Part shown: positions 1 to 13,466 of the stretch, one piece after another
Position numbering within the stretch: position 1 is the first letter of the stretch
Layout: the number at the start of each line of letters is the position of its first letter
Assembly: GCF_001194135.2 (NCBI RefSeq)
Contig: NC_068995.1
Span: 51,077,438-51,141,437, forward strand
DNA length: 64,000 nt
Direction: 5' to 3'
DNA from: Octopus bimaculoides
Lineage: Eukaryota
Program-made: the position numbers and the translations under genes
The notes under the pieces: generated by a model
Told to the model about the DNA's origin: nothing
Seen by the model: only the letters and a program-made list of their open reading frames with translations
The model's database searches: none

Positions 1-506
1 GGCGTACCTACAAGTGTATTTTCACTCGACTTTGTTTCCTCATGACTTTCAAAAAAAAAAAAAAAAGGATATGTTTTTAATGACAATTTCCTATAGATAC
101 CTTTCAAACGGTGTAGGTAACGATTATTTAAGAATTTAAGTGAAAAAAAAAATTGGTGGGCGTGCACACATACCTAACTGATTTCAACATTTCGAGCCTT
201 TTATGTGATGTATGCTAGTATGTATGTGTACGCGCCCCAAGATATATATGTATATATAATTCCGATATAATCATAATCTACATAATCTGAAAGGTATTTA
301 TAGAATCTTCCATAAAAAAAAACATCCATTTTTCTGAAAGTTATGAGGAAACAAAGTTGGCGGGGGGAGGGCACACGTGTGGGTATGTCCAAAAGGCTTT
401 TCGTAAGATTATGATTTTAGGATTTTAGAGTGTATTTACAATATTTCAACGTGTACCTAGTCCCGGATTGGGTTCGAACCAGTTTGTTTCTAAACTTCGA
501 CATGTT

Positions 507-1448
507 NNNNNNNNNNNNNNNNNNNNNNNNNNNNNNNNNNNNNNNNNNNNNNNNNNNNNNNNNNNNNNNNNNNNNNNNNNNNNNNNNNNNNNNNNNNNNN
601 NNNNNNNNNNNNNNNNNNNNNNNNNNNNNNNNNNNNNNNNNNNNNNNNNNNNNNNNNNNNNNNNNNNNNNNNNNNNNNNNNNNNNNNNNNNNNNNNNNNN
701 NNNNNNNNNNNNNNNNNNNNNNNNNNNNNNNNNNNNNNNNNNNNNNNNNNNNNNNNNNNNNNNNNNNNNNNNNNNNNNNNNNNNNNNNNNNNNNNNNNNN
801 NNNNNNNNNNNNNNNNNNNNNNNNNNNNNNNNNNNNNNNNNNNNNNNNNNNNNNNNNNNNNNNNNNNNNNNNNNNNNNNNNNNNNNNNNNNNNNNNNNNN
901 NNNNNNNNNNNNNNNNNNNNNNNNNNNNNNNNNNNNNNNNNNNNNNNNNNNNNNNNNNNNNNNNNNNNNNNNNNNNNNNNNNNNNNNNNNNNNNNNNNNN
1001 NNNNNNNNNNNNNNNNNNNNNNNNNNNNNNNNNNNNNNNNNNNNNNNNNNNNNNNNNNNNNNNNNNNNNNNNNNNNNNNNNNNNNNNNNNNNNNNNNNNN
1101 NNNNNNNNNNNNNNNNNNNNNNNNNNNNNNNNNNNNNNNNNNNNNNNNNNNNNNNNNNNNNNNNNNNNNNNNNNNNNNNNNNNNNNNNNNNNNNNNNNNN
1201 NNNNNNNNNNNNNNNNNNNNNNNNNNNNNNNNNNNNNNNNNNNNNNNNNNNNNNNNNNNNNNNNNNNNNNNNNNNNNNNNNNNNNNNNNNNNNNNNNNNN
1301 NNNNNNNNNNNNNNNNNNNNNNNNNNNNNNNNNNNNNNNNNNNNNNNNNNNNNNNNNNNNNNNNNNNNNNNNNNNNNNNNNNNNNNNNNNNNNNNNNNNN
1401 NNNNNNNNNNNNNNNNNNNNNNNNNNNNNNNNNNNNNNNNNNNNNNNN
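507..1448. other. Assembly gap (N run)
   Basis: Other gaps at 2802-2890, 15783-16005, 57466-57475, 58193-58586, 61396-61449, 62294-62303 and 63965-63974. Confidence 1.
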
Positions 1449-1531
1449 AACTAAATGCAAATCGAAAACAAAATTTAATTGCAGTTAGTAATGTTATCGA
1501 CGTCATTTAGTTTCCATTCATTATGTTTATT

Positions 1532-1562
<31 letters not shown>

Positions 1563-2561
1563 CGATCAATAAAACTCAGTATATTTATTTAGCTCCAAGT
1601 CAGCCTTAACCGAACAACCATTATTTTTTTTTTTTTTCCAGCTTTTGAGAATCAAAGACATTTGATGTTGAGGAAGAGTTGGCTGTTATTACAAGCGACC
1701 AAACAGAAGTTCCTTCGATTAAATATTACTTGTGTTTCTGAAGCTGTTAAAAACGTAGCTTAACAAAACAAAAATAATCTTTTAATGAAAATCACCATGT
1801 TTACATATTTCTCACTGGAAGTAATATAAGGAATAATTTATAACTAACAGAAAACAAAATTTGTTTATTCTATTTCCAGCTTAGGCACATGGTCACAAAT
1901 TTCATATACCGGGAAGTCTTTTGGCATGTTCTTATTTTATGGACATGGTGCGAGCTGACGAAAAGAGCATCAATGCGGTCGCTCGACATGCAAGAAATAC
2001 CAATCAAATTATCCTCAATCACGTAAACAACTACCTTCAAATAAAGATAAATTGGAAAATATAATTCTAGATATTAAAAAAAGAAAGAAACCATTTTGGT
2101 TGGAAAGCCTTTGATAATAGGCTTACTTGCTCATTCAGGCACGACTGAACAAGAACTTATTCTGACTTTATTATCGCCTTCCTTGTAAAAGAAGGGCAGT
2201 TTCAGACAATTCCATTTCTCCTGCACTACCTTTCCCCAGATATTTACCTAAGAATATCGTATTTAAAGCTTTTCTTTCTTTTTTTTTTTAAACGTATATC
2301 AAGAAAATGATTTAGTAAGCCATAAAAATCTCTGTGAATATATTTCGGTCTTTCGCAAAATAAAAACAATGCAATTGTTTACTAAATAATGTTTTCATAA
2401 ATTCACATTTCCTAAGTGTGTTGCACAAATGTTTTTTCTCTCGAATATTGAACGCGAATAACAGAAATACAAAAACCAAAACTATACACATGCATGAGGA
2501 AAATTCCTTTTAACTATCTATGCATGTATCTATCTATCTATATATGTATATATATATAGAT

Positions 2562-3096
2562 ATTTATTAATAAGGGTAGAAATTGATATTAATCAATTAA
2601 AACTAGTGGTCTAGCATATTAAAAAAATCCGAAGATTAAAATTATATTACATACAAAAATAAGAGGAATGACCAGCAAAAGTGGACTCCTATATGTTAGA
2701 AATAGATGCCGAATCATCTAACCACGAAGAAATATGTTCTCAGTAAAAAAATTGCGACACAACAGACTGTAAAAGGGCAAGACAAATGAAAAAATACTAA
2801 ANNNNNNNNNNNNNNNNNNNNNNNNNNNNNNNNNNNNNNNNNNNNNNNNNNNNNNNNNNNNNNNNNNNNNNNNNNNNNNNNNNNNNNNNNGAGTTCTACA
2901 AATTACATTCAGTGTATCCCTCCAAATGTCTTCAATCTGGCGCGCTAAGGCCGGAAATAACTCTGCAGTTAATAAATTTTTGCAGCTAATTTACATGTTT
3001 GAGAACATCATTATAATTTTAATCTTCGGATTGTTTTAATATACTAGACCACTGGTTTTAATTGATTAATATCAATTTCTACCCTTATTAATAAAT
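2562..3096. repeat. Inverted repeat pair (about 84-bp arms) around an assembly gap
   Basis: 2562-2645 is the near-exact reverse complement of 3012-3096. Confidence 0.75.
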
Positions 3097-4339
3097 TTTA
3101 AAGTAAAACACCGTATTCAAGATTTTAGTAAATTGACTGCTTCCGGTAGCAGCCATTTGCATTCTTTTCTGACGCGGTTCTTTTTTTTTAAACCCTTGTA
3201 ATCTAAAGTCTTGTGACTATATAAAAAGAAATCAATACTGCAAAATGGCAAATCGGTAGAGCGTCAGACAAAATGCCTTGTGGTATTTCATTACATCTTT
3301 TCATGTTTTGAGTTCAAATCTTCCGCAATCGATAAGCTTTGGACTCGATCTTGTAAATTGTAATTATCTGGTACCGACAGACATTTTCCTACATTAGGCA
3401 CAAGGGCTGAAATTTTGGCGAAAGGAATTAGTTGAGGACATCGAACCCACTGCTCAACTGCTACTTATTTTATCGAAGCTGAAAAGATGAACAGCAAAGA
3501 CGACCTCGGCGGCATTTGAACTCAGAACATAAAGAATTGAAAGAAATACTGCTAAGCAATTTGTCCGATGCGGTAACGAATGCGCAGCTCGCAGCCTTAA
3601 CTGATCAACTTTATGGTGGTAACGAATAAAGTAAGGTAACGATAAGTGGAAGTGAACACGTTCGAAGGTTATAGAGAGGAAGTAGATGAGGTGATCGCAT
3701 TGAACGAGAGATGTCGAGGTGCAACGCGTGACCGAGGAAGGAGAAGGGCCGAGAGAAATGGTTGGTGTGAGGTACGAGTTATTTCGGGAGACAGGTGCTA
3801 GGGAGGGGCAGGTAGGTAGGTTATCCGAGGGGTCCCTAACCACCGGGCCGCAGAGGAGGAATTTTATTCCTATTTTATTGATTATCGCTGTCTGCAGGGT
3901 GTTTTATGTATTATATATGTAATAATTAAATTATATATTATGCACATTATTGTAGTTCAGTCGCATTATTCCACTGTCCGTGGAAAAACTGTGTTGCATG
4001 AAACTGGTTTGAAGTGAAGTTGAGGACTTCCAATACACTCAGCACCATTATAAGTGTGCGTGCAGGTGTGTATCATCATCATCATTTAACGCCCGTTTTC
4101 CATGAGTTGGACAGCTTGACAGGGGCCGGCAAGGCCAGGAGCCGGCAAGGCCAGGAGCCGCACCAGGTCTCATAGTCTGTTTTAGCTTGGTTTCTACGGC
4201 CAGATGCTATTCCTAACACCACTTTACTCAGTGCTAATAAATGACACTAACACTGTTTACAAAAAAAAAACATAAGGCGAAAACGGGTGTGTAAACAACA
4301 AACAGATGTATTAGTTTAACGCTCAGGAAGTGAGAAAGT

Positions 4340-4375
4340 CTTTTACGTTTCGAGTCTACGCTCTTCGTCAGAAAG
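4340..4375 (-). ncRNA. Minimal type I hammerhead ribozyme motif (different family) in USP3 intron 2
   Basis: CTTT-CTGACGA-A-GAG-CGTAGA-CTC-GAAAC-GTA-AAAG. Stem I CTTT/AAAG, 3-bp stem II, ACGT palindrome, GUA triplet. Confidence 0.65.
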
Positions 4376-4920
4376 GAGCACAGAAATAAACAGGGATAGA
4401 AAATAGAAAAAGGTTTAGTGGCTAGCGATCTATCATGGCGAATATATAATATAAAGGAAATGCATTTACTAAATCAACATTTCTAATAATCTGTTTTGAA
4501 TTGAAAATATGGACACGGTTGTGTAATTCAGAAGCTCGCTTTCCGACCACGTGCTTTTGAGTTAAGTCTCATTGCCTGGCACCTTGCGCAAGTGTTTTCT
4601 ACTTAAGCCTCCAATGCCTTGCAAATGATTTTGGTCGGTGGAAACTGTAGAAGCCCTACACAAAACGCTTATGTATTGGTAATTAACTCAAAATAAATTC
4701 CCATCTTGGAAACCAGGTACAGACTATGTAAGACGGCTACGGTAACCTTACAGCAAAACATAATATTGTAAAAAAAAAGCAAAATAAATTATAACGATAA
4801 ATTAGTTCTACCGCCGATGTTATGATATAGATTTTGATTTAATTGAGTATAAAGACTTGTAGAATTAGAACCGCAACTGCTCGAAAATAATTTAAAAGAT
4901 ATGAAACAAAAGAATATTAC

Positions 4921-4981
4921 CTGCCGCAATTAACCACTCCACAACATAGACAAATCCAGGGACTTTTTTCTGTTTTACACA
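4921..4981 (-). CDS. USP3: USP3 coding exon 2 (zf-UBP zinc finger)
   Basis: Acceptor TGCTTTCAG; 61-nt exon encoding (V)CKTEKSPWICLCCGVVNCG(R); donor GTAATA (phase 2). Matches the USP3 motif VCRSNKSPWVCLTCSSVHCGR. No downstream exons found in the window. Confidence 0.88.
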
Positions 4982-7774
4982 CTGAAAGCAAAATAAACAA
5001 AAATGTTAAGTTGGAGATTATAACAGACATTGAAACTAAGTTAAATACATTTATTGCAGAGGAGAGGAAACAATACCAGAGAACTGCAACGTCACTGGTA
5101 GTCATAACAACAACGGCATAAAAACCTTACATATTAAACACGAAACATAATGGAATTTAGAATTTGTGGCAGTTATGCTTTTCCCCAGGAAAATTAACAG
5201 TGAAAGTGAAGTGAGAAAGCAAGCCGTCGTTTGTCTCGACTCACTGCTTGAAGAGTGTCTCTTGCTCCGAGCATTTTACTTGTTCAAGCATATAAGATAA
5301 TTATAATTTGTTAATTCGGCATAAAATGTTTTTAAAAAAATTAGAGAACGGAAGCTTTGTGACGTACATTATTAATGGATATCGGAAGAGAAAGAAAAAA
5401 AAATTTTAATATTCCTTCGTTCGCCTTAAGAATCTCAACCTTAACACGGCTTAAAAACAATGCCAATTTCTCTGCTCAGAACAAGACGAGAAGGCTTGGC
5501 TATTATGAAAGGAAACGTCATGCAAGTTATTAAGGAAATATTGGGATAAGCTACGGTTTCAGACATAAAACATACAATTGAAGCCGAAAAAACACTGGAA
5601 CATTTCCAAATAACAACAGTAGTTTCTACACAGCAGGAAAACCCACTAAATAACACTATAATAATAGTAATAATAAAAGCAAAATCACCAGAGGACTTCA
5701 ATATATTATGTCATTGAGTTCTATTCCTTAAAATCACTAACAAAAAGAGCATTGAAGACAGTGGTTCAATATTTTATAAAACTTGATTGAACTAAACACT
5801 AATAACACAGGATAATAATATCACACCAACCCAGCTCAGACGTATAAAAGAATATTAAAGCATCTTAAACCTTTTCACTAGTTTTATAAATGAAACACCA
5901 ATAGTGCTGACAGGCGACACATCGTATGAAAATGCTGTTGAAATAAAAATCCATTCACCATCATCTCCAGTAAAAGAAAGAAAAGAAAAAACTACATAAA
6001 ATATATTTTGGAAAAAAAAAAAAAAAAAAAGGAAAATCATACGTTCGGTGGAATAAAATAAAACCTGCTTTTCAACTTTTAGTCGTGTTTGTTGGGTTGT
6101 CTAGGATTTCGAGTGGCATCAAGTAATGATGGCAATCGGGTTAAGGAAGTATAATAAACAGCTTGGATTGAAAATCTGAGATATAATCAATCATAAAAAG
6201 AAGCAAGAGCTATTTTTTTCTCTTCTCCGTGTTTTTATATTTATTCCTGTCTTATAAATTCTTTCAAAGCTAGTCTATCCTACAAGATCAACACTGCATA
6301 TCTAGTTAGTGTATTATATCAAGTTTCAAACGTGATGCTTTTCAACATTCAGAATGAAAGAAACATGTTCAATACGAATGATGCATAATAAAACAAGCCT
6401 TTAGAAAAAAGATGAATGCTATTATATGGTAGGTTTTTTTTTTCACGCTTCTAAATAAAGACGGTCGTCTTAAACAAGAGATTCTTTTATTTAAGGAGTG
6501 CCTTTGGTTTGATAAAATTCAATATATCGCTGGTAATTTTATACCGCTACATAATTCACTAGAAAAAAAACCCAGTTAAATATCCCTCAAACCATATAGC
6601 CTACCATCTTTAAAAAGGACATGTAGTATTAGATACACTATATTTGGGGGGGAAATGGCATGGCCACAGTTGGGATGTCTTTGATCATGGGTTTGCTCGA
6701 TGAAGGCTGACATGGAATTAAGCAAAAACAATATTCACAGCACACAACACAATGAAGTTTGATATCAGAACTGTTCCCCCCGCCTGCCCTTTTGCACCAA
6801 TGCCGAACTAAATGCCATAATACTAGAGGGTGACGTTTTCAAAATAAAAGTATGAATCTACTTTAGCATTCACGATTAATAAATGTCGCTCGTGAGTAAA
6901 GGGATGGTGGCCCATGGTTTAATGTAAATGTTTATCCTATCCAAGCCAGACTTGATCCAGCAGGGTTAAACCAAAAGCATTCCAGCTTGACAATACCTTT
7001 TTATTTATTTATTTGTAAGGTATATCTTGACTACCAGATTCGACTAGTCTTTCTAGTAGGCCAAGCAACGCGCAAAAAGCTTTGTTGTTGGTTCAATAAT
7101 ACATATTTTATTATGTATCTAGATTAGTGTTTCATTGCGGTTCAGTCTTTGTAGATATCAACTCAGCTTTTCAACTTTCCAGAGCTGGTTTTAAAACAAA
7201 GTAACATTAACATTCCTAGCCAGCAAAAATGGCCTTACGACCGGCTAAATAACGATACTGCGATAAATTTTCACTCGGAAGAACTTCAAAGGATTTTAAG
7301 CTTGGATCATTAAAGATCAAGAATATATTTAATTCCAGATCCATTATTTTTTTTTAAACATCAACACAAAATCACAAATACAAATATACGAGGGAACAGT
7401 TATTTACACTTAACCGAATTGACTTCAATAATTAAATAGATACTTATTTTAATAACTTTGACAGTAATTGAGCTCAGAAACGTAGAGAAACAAAACTAAA
7501 TAATCTAATGCCTTTATCAACGATGTTTCACCTCAGTAAATGATACTAAGGATAAATCCATCAACGATGGATTTCTTAAAAGATTAATGTTATTGGTTAG
7601 ACTAGGTTCCTTAGCATGGGCAGAAGCAGCACCTTTGAAGGGCGTTGTGAGATCACAGAATGCTCTGATTTTAGCAATAAAATATTTAACTCAGATTCGC
7701 TATTTCTATTTTTTTTTTTTTTAATCGTCACGAATAGGACATTGAGATCAATGAACAGAAAGAAACATGACTGA

Positions 7775-8100
7775 TGCTGCGCCAAGTGTCTTCTGCTATA
7801 GGTTCGGGCCGACCAAAGCCTTGTGAGTAGATTTGGTAGACGGAAACTGAAAGAAGACCGTCGTGTATGTATATATATATATAAGTGCAAGCAAGCGCGT
7901 GTCCCCACAATCGCTTGACAACCGGCGTTGGTTTGTTTACGTCCCTGTAACTTAGCGGTTCGACGAAAGTCTCTGACAGAACAAGTACCAAACTTTAAAA
8001 ATAAGTACTGAGGTCAATTCGTTCGACTAAAATTCTTCCAAGACGGTGCTCCAGCATGGCCGCAGTCTAATGACTGAAACAAGTAAAAGATAAAAGATAT
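7775..8100 (+). mobile_element. SINE, second family with internal (TA/TG)n
   Basis: ...CCAAAGCCTTGTGAGT...GGAAACTG...GTAACTTAGCGGTTC...CCAGCATGGCCGCAGTC...GACTGAAACAAGTAAAAGA. Copies at about 30598-31000, 52545-52950, 27230-27370 and 38390-38510. Confidence 0.7.
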
Positions 8101-10051
8101 TAAGTCCTTGCCTTTAGTCATTTCCATAAAGAATAAAAAAATTAAGTCAGATACGCAAGTTCGTAGAAATATGTAAAAGAAGCCACAGGCTGGATTGGAT
8201 AGTGTTAAGAACATGAATAAACTACTGCGCAAAATTACCTTCTGTTTATATTAGAACAGTCTCTCTTTTTACGTCATCCAGTGACAGTAGCAATGAATTA
8301 CATTAAGATTAAGAAGTACTGACTGAGAACATTGATTGGCATTGATTGAACAGATCTGTGATCAAAGGCATTCCACTTAACGCTATCTCATCCTTTTGAA
8401 AGTGAGTATAGGAAAACATTATCCAACAATGAGATTTGGCTGTTGTTTCTAGCATGTCTAGCGGCCGTGTAGAGGCTTTCTCGTTGGCCCGTAAAGAATA
8501 AATGTATTTCAGACAAGCAATTCAGCCATTAAGAAATAAGGTCTGCAAAGAATATGTAAAAAAAAAAGAAGAAAATGATACTAGCTATCTTTCTTTCTTT
8601 AATGATTTCTCTTCCAGATTAAATTTCAGCTTGGCCAGTGTCCAAATAGTATAACTGACAGTTTTAGGGGATCTTCCTACTCATTCTCTCTCCTCTACCT
8701 TGAACTTCACAAACTTAAGCAGGATACTAACTTTCCCACCATCGTGGCCAGAACAATAAAAAAATCGGCAGCCAGCAACAAAAACCAAGCTCGAACTGTT
8801 TTTAGATAGCAGCCAAAATCGCCCTCATTTACACTCCATCTTTAAAAAATGTGTGGGGACACATTGTAAATTGCGGTCCAGTATTTATACGGCGTTAGAG
8901 AGAGAGAGAGAGAGAGGGGGGGGAGAGAAAAAAAAAGACAGATGGTCACGGTTGGAATGCTTTTGATCATGGATCTACTCAATGAGAGCTGACTCAGAGC
9001 TGAAGAAACCAAACAATTTATCTTAGAAACCAAGCAACAAGAATAACAATGAACAAAACCCATCAAAAGACCAAATTTCAAGAAGCAAACCATCTACGTT
9101 TCTGCTCCAAGATAAACCATAAGCATGAGAACAAATTGTTGATATTAAGCACCAGTTCAGGCCTGATTCCTCAGACAAATGGTCAAATACACTGAAATGG
9201 TGTCCATCCATTCCCTTAGAATATTTTCATTATTTGAATTGAACTTTGAAGCTCAGGAAGGGTTTGTCTGCTTACAAGGTGTGTATCATTCCGTAATTAA
9301 GAACGTAGGGTGTGCTTTCTGACAGATTTGGTAGCTATTTTAAACAGGTTATGCAACCGCATAGTGTAACGATTCCCTAACCTTTTCTACACCTTGCACC
9401 TCCAAGAAATTTTTGATTAATTTTTGCTCTTCATACAAAGTATTATCAACATCTGGAGATGAAAATATAAATTTCCTAATATAACTAATTCATTTTTAAA
9501 ATTGAACCAGTTATATAGTACAATGCAATAATAAAGTTCTTGGTGTGTTTAAAGTTATTTTTAAGGGTAAGTTAATAATCTTATTCTGATTTTAATAAAG
9601 TGTAATATATACTTTCCCTCTTAGTCGCACCCACTGAAAAGACATCTTACACAACCTGGTTAGGAAGGAACCGTGGTGGAGAGGCTTCCCAAGGTGAAAA
9701 TGTGACATATTTGATCACATTGCAAATTAAAATTTAAGCTTACCCCAAATCAAGTGTGCCCTTGTAAGAGAGAATATCAAGGCAAAAAATAAATTCTTCC
9801 TGGATATATTTTATCCACATGGAACAGAAGGGAGATTATAGATCAGACTGAAAGCCATGCAATGTAACCCCCCCCCCCTTGTTGGTAAGCAAACAGCCCG
9901 GGGATATGAAATGAGAAGAGAGAAGGGAACTGTGTATGAAGACAAAAACAATAAACAAGTAAATGATTGAAATAGAAAATACAATAATAATAATAATAAT
10001 CCTTTCTGCTAAAGGCACAAGACATGAAATTTGGTGGGGAAGGAGGAGACT

Positions 10052-10436
10052 AGTCGATTACATCGATCCCAGTGCTCAACTGATACTTATTTTATCGATA
10101 CTTAAAGGATGAAAAGTAAATTCTACCTAGGCGTTATTTGAACTCAGACCGTAAAGACGGACGAAATGCAGCTAAGCATTTCGCCCGGCATGCTAACGAC
10201 TGCGCCAGCTCGCTGCCTTAATAATAATAATAGATTTTGGTACAAGGCCAATAAGTTAGGGGGAGGGGATAAGTCGATCACATCGACCCAGTGCTCAACT
10301 GGTTCTCATTTTATCGATCTCTAAAGGATGAAAGGTAAAGTCGATCTCGGCGGAATTTGAACCCAGAACATGAAGACGGACGAAATGCCTCTAAGCATTT
10401 TGTCCGGCGTGCTAACGATTCTGCCAGCTCGCAGCT
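10052..10436 (-). mobile_element. Two tandem tRNA-derived SINE copies separated by (TAA)n
   Basis: Both read GAGCTGGC...GTTAGCA...GAAATGCTTAG...GAGTTCAAAT...GTCGAT. Further copies near 3430-3595, 53890-54060 and 62035-62200. Confidence 0.75.
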
Positions 10437-10589
10437 TTAATAATAATAATAATAATGTTCGGACATACAAAGTATATGTAGTAGTTGTTTAGCTCAAGGT
10501 CAACAAACCCTGATCAAAGTATCTATTCTCTCGCACTCACCCCAGGTATTGTAAAGCCCGGGAATTTTCCAATATGTCCCCACCATTTT

Positions 10590-11375
10590 TTGTTTCAAGA
10601 TTGCAGGGCGTGATTTGAGACATTTGGCTGTTATTTCTAACAGGTCGAACGACAACGTAGTGACACGATCGACACGTGTTTACTTAATTATAATCTTATT
10701 ATTTTAATGTCACAAGAATATATCTATATCTATATATAAGGACATGCAGGATTTAAGTCGTCGCGGTCCTGTTATTTAATTCCAGGTCAGCTCTCTGATA
10801 CGACCGACCTTTCTATGAACAAAGCGATTCCAGCCATGATCATCTCGACATTTTAGAGCTATGTCGAAACTTGTATTATCCAATGCGTTCTTTTCTTTGT
10901 CAAGACGACAGAATGACGTTTTAGGGCAAGTTGGCTGCTATTTCTACAGGTCAAGCGATCGTGTGGAAGCTCCCTTGTACGTGTTATTGTTCAGCCCAGA
11001 TCGAGATCTATGATCACTGACATTCCAACCGTGACATCTTGCCGTTTTAGAGATTATATATTAAGACGGGGGTGATTTAAAGGAGATTTGGCTAGTTCTT
11101 TCTAGCATGTCGAGAAACTACGTTAGAAGCTCCTCGCTGTATACGTTGTTGTTGGTCAGCACTGGCCGGGAATGCAGGAAGACAGCTGATAAAACATTTT
11201 TCCCCATTCTGATCTATGACGAAAGCATTCCAATCGTGGCCATTCTATCTTTTTAAGGATAATATAGGACTACATTATCTAATGCGTCTTTTCTATATTT
11301 AAGACGGGAGGGTGCGAGTTGGAGATTTCACTGCTATCTCTAGAATGTCGAGCGACCGCGTTGAGGCTCCCTCGC
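10590..11375. repeat. Cluster of about four diverged copies of an abundant interspersed repeat (GGAGATTTGGCTGCTATTTCTAG core)
   Basis: Same-orientation copies near 10610, 10930, 11080 and 11320. The core recurs many times elsewhere in the window. Confidence 0.65.
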
Positions 11376-13378
11376 TAGCTTTGCTGTTGTGTGTGTTTTA
11401 ATAGATGGCGTCGGTTATGAGGAGATAAAGGAAGGGTTTCTTTCCTTCGTGGGGAGTCAGTGACCGAATGTTCGTTTTAATTTAGACCAGCTGAAGAAGG
11501 TAGTCGATCAACTGAGCTTGTTGGGTTTTAACATGGATTTCGTTTTTATTTTTCACTAGAATTGTCTAGATGTTATCAACGTGTAATTAATTATTGATAA
11601 TTTTTTTTTTACATAATGGAAACAACGAAACGGTAATTATAACGAGCCTCTATATGATTGTCCACCATGCTAGAAATAACAGCCAAATTTCTTTCCCTAC
11701 TGTTTTAAAACACATTGGATAATAATGTTGTCCTAATAATACACTATCTGAAATTTTAAAAAAATGAGACGGTCATGGCTGGAAAGGAGCTAAGCGACAA
11801 CAGCAGTGTTATCAAACAAATATATCCATTGTCTATTTTAGCTTTCATTTAAATACGCAAATCAATAATTAAATGCTAATAAGACAGCCTAAATATATGT
11901 ATAATGAGAAAATAAATTCTCTTGGCTTGAAGACAATCTAAAAGGCAAGCAAGCTAGCTGAGCGTGGTAGAGGGGAAAAGGATAGTTGGGGCCATTTTGT
12001 CCAACGAGAACCCCCTGAGGGGGGACAATGACTCACTAAAGTTCATAAAAGAATAAGGAAGAGGGGAAAAAGGAAATCAAGAAGAAAAATGTAAGCGGGA
12101 CTATATAAAGTGTGTGAATAAGGTAGCAAGCTAGCTTTATGCTTTTTAACTGTCATCCTGATGTCAAAATTACTGTCCACTTGCCAACAGTAGATATACA
12201 CATTAAACAATCCTAATTAATTAATTAGCTATACGCATGCATTAAATTAGACGAAAATTCAATTTTTATCCCCTTGATATTTCAAAAATATAATTAATTC
12301 CAATTACTACTTAAAACTTTAAAAAAAAAATCTTACTTAGAATCGTAACCGAATCTTGAAAATAATCAACACAAAATTGATCTCCATTAAAAAATAAAAG
12401 CAAATTAAATTAAATTAAATTAAAAACAAAACAAAATAAAATGAAGAGCATGTGTACATTTCGTGTTGTTGTACAGGTATTAATTGGTGAACTGTAAAAA
12501 TGGAATAAATAAACAAGGGAGGATTTTAACGATTACACCGTTTCCCAATATTTCAAAACAGTGCGAAGTGTTCTCTTTGTTGTTCCTGAATCCTTCTTAC
12601 ACTTCTCAAACTTATTACTTTCTCTATTTCTAGCATAATAAATTCATTATATTGAAAAATGATCAAATTAGCCACTGATAATTAGAAAACTACATATATA
12701 CATATCTATATCTATATATACATAGTGAATTAGATTATCTCTTCTGTTATTCAAAAGCTTAATTGTTAGCAGTGATGATGAAGAAATAACATTCCAAAAG
12801 ATTTTTTGTTTCAATCATCCATAGCGGTTGTTTAAAAAAAATCTTTCACGTGTAACAAACAGAGAGAAAAAAAAATTAAAAACTGTTAAAAGAAAAAAAA
12901 TTAGATTATTACAAACATACAATGGGTAATTTTATATCAGTTTAAAAATTAATTGAAATATTTTTTTTAAAAAAAGGGGGGAAAGCGATCGAAAGAGAAG
13001 AAACAACAATAATAATAATAATAATAATCAAATAATCAGGGTGATGATGATGATGATGATGATGATGATGACGAAGAACAATGAAAGAAGGGAGATTTCG
13101 TAAATTTAAAAATTCGGTGAAATGAATGTTGCAGTTAGCACATGTCTAAAGTTGGTTGGGAATGTCTAGTAATGAAATTAACGAAGCATAACATGAGATG
13201 TCAAGAGGAAATGTTTTAAGCCGGTTCCACACATAATAATAATAATAATAATAACGCTATGATACTACTGATGGTGGTGGCAGTGCTCTGTATTTAGGGA
13301 ATTATTTTAATGTCAGGCTTGGGATCTTGCTACAAAACAAAGGCTTGCGGTTTTTTTTTTGTTACATTGACACTTTAC

Positions 13379-13466
13379 CTGAACAAGTAAACTGCTGGGG
13401 AAGGTTTTCTGACTTTACAGAGGGCACAGTGATTTTTGCACTTTCCTCAAGATGCGGACACTCCAT
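13379..13466 (-). CDS. USP3: Ubiquitin carboxyl-terminal hydrolase 3, coding exon 1 (start of zf-UBP domain)
   Basis: ATG at 13466 gives MECPHLEESAKITVPSVKSENLPQQFTCS+G, then the donor CAG|GTAAAG (phase 1). MECPHL matches the N-terminus I recall for vertebrate USP3. Splices in frame to exon 4921-4981. Confidence 0.88.

Noticed and set aside
417-1506. Long ORFs of 328-352 aa, and similar X-rich ORFs at 15.7, 58.0 and 61.1 kb
   Set aside because: They run through N gaps and are not real coding sequence.
4900-5110. Plus-strand open frame (EYYLPQLTTPQHRQIQGLFSV...)
   Set aside because: It is antisense to USP3 exon 2 and its intron, with no recognisable homology.
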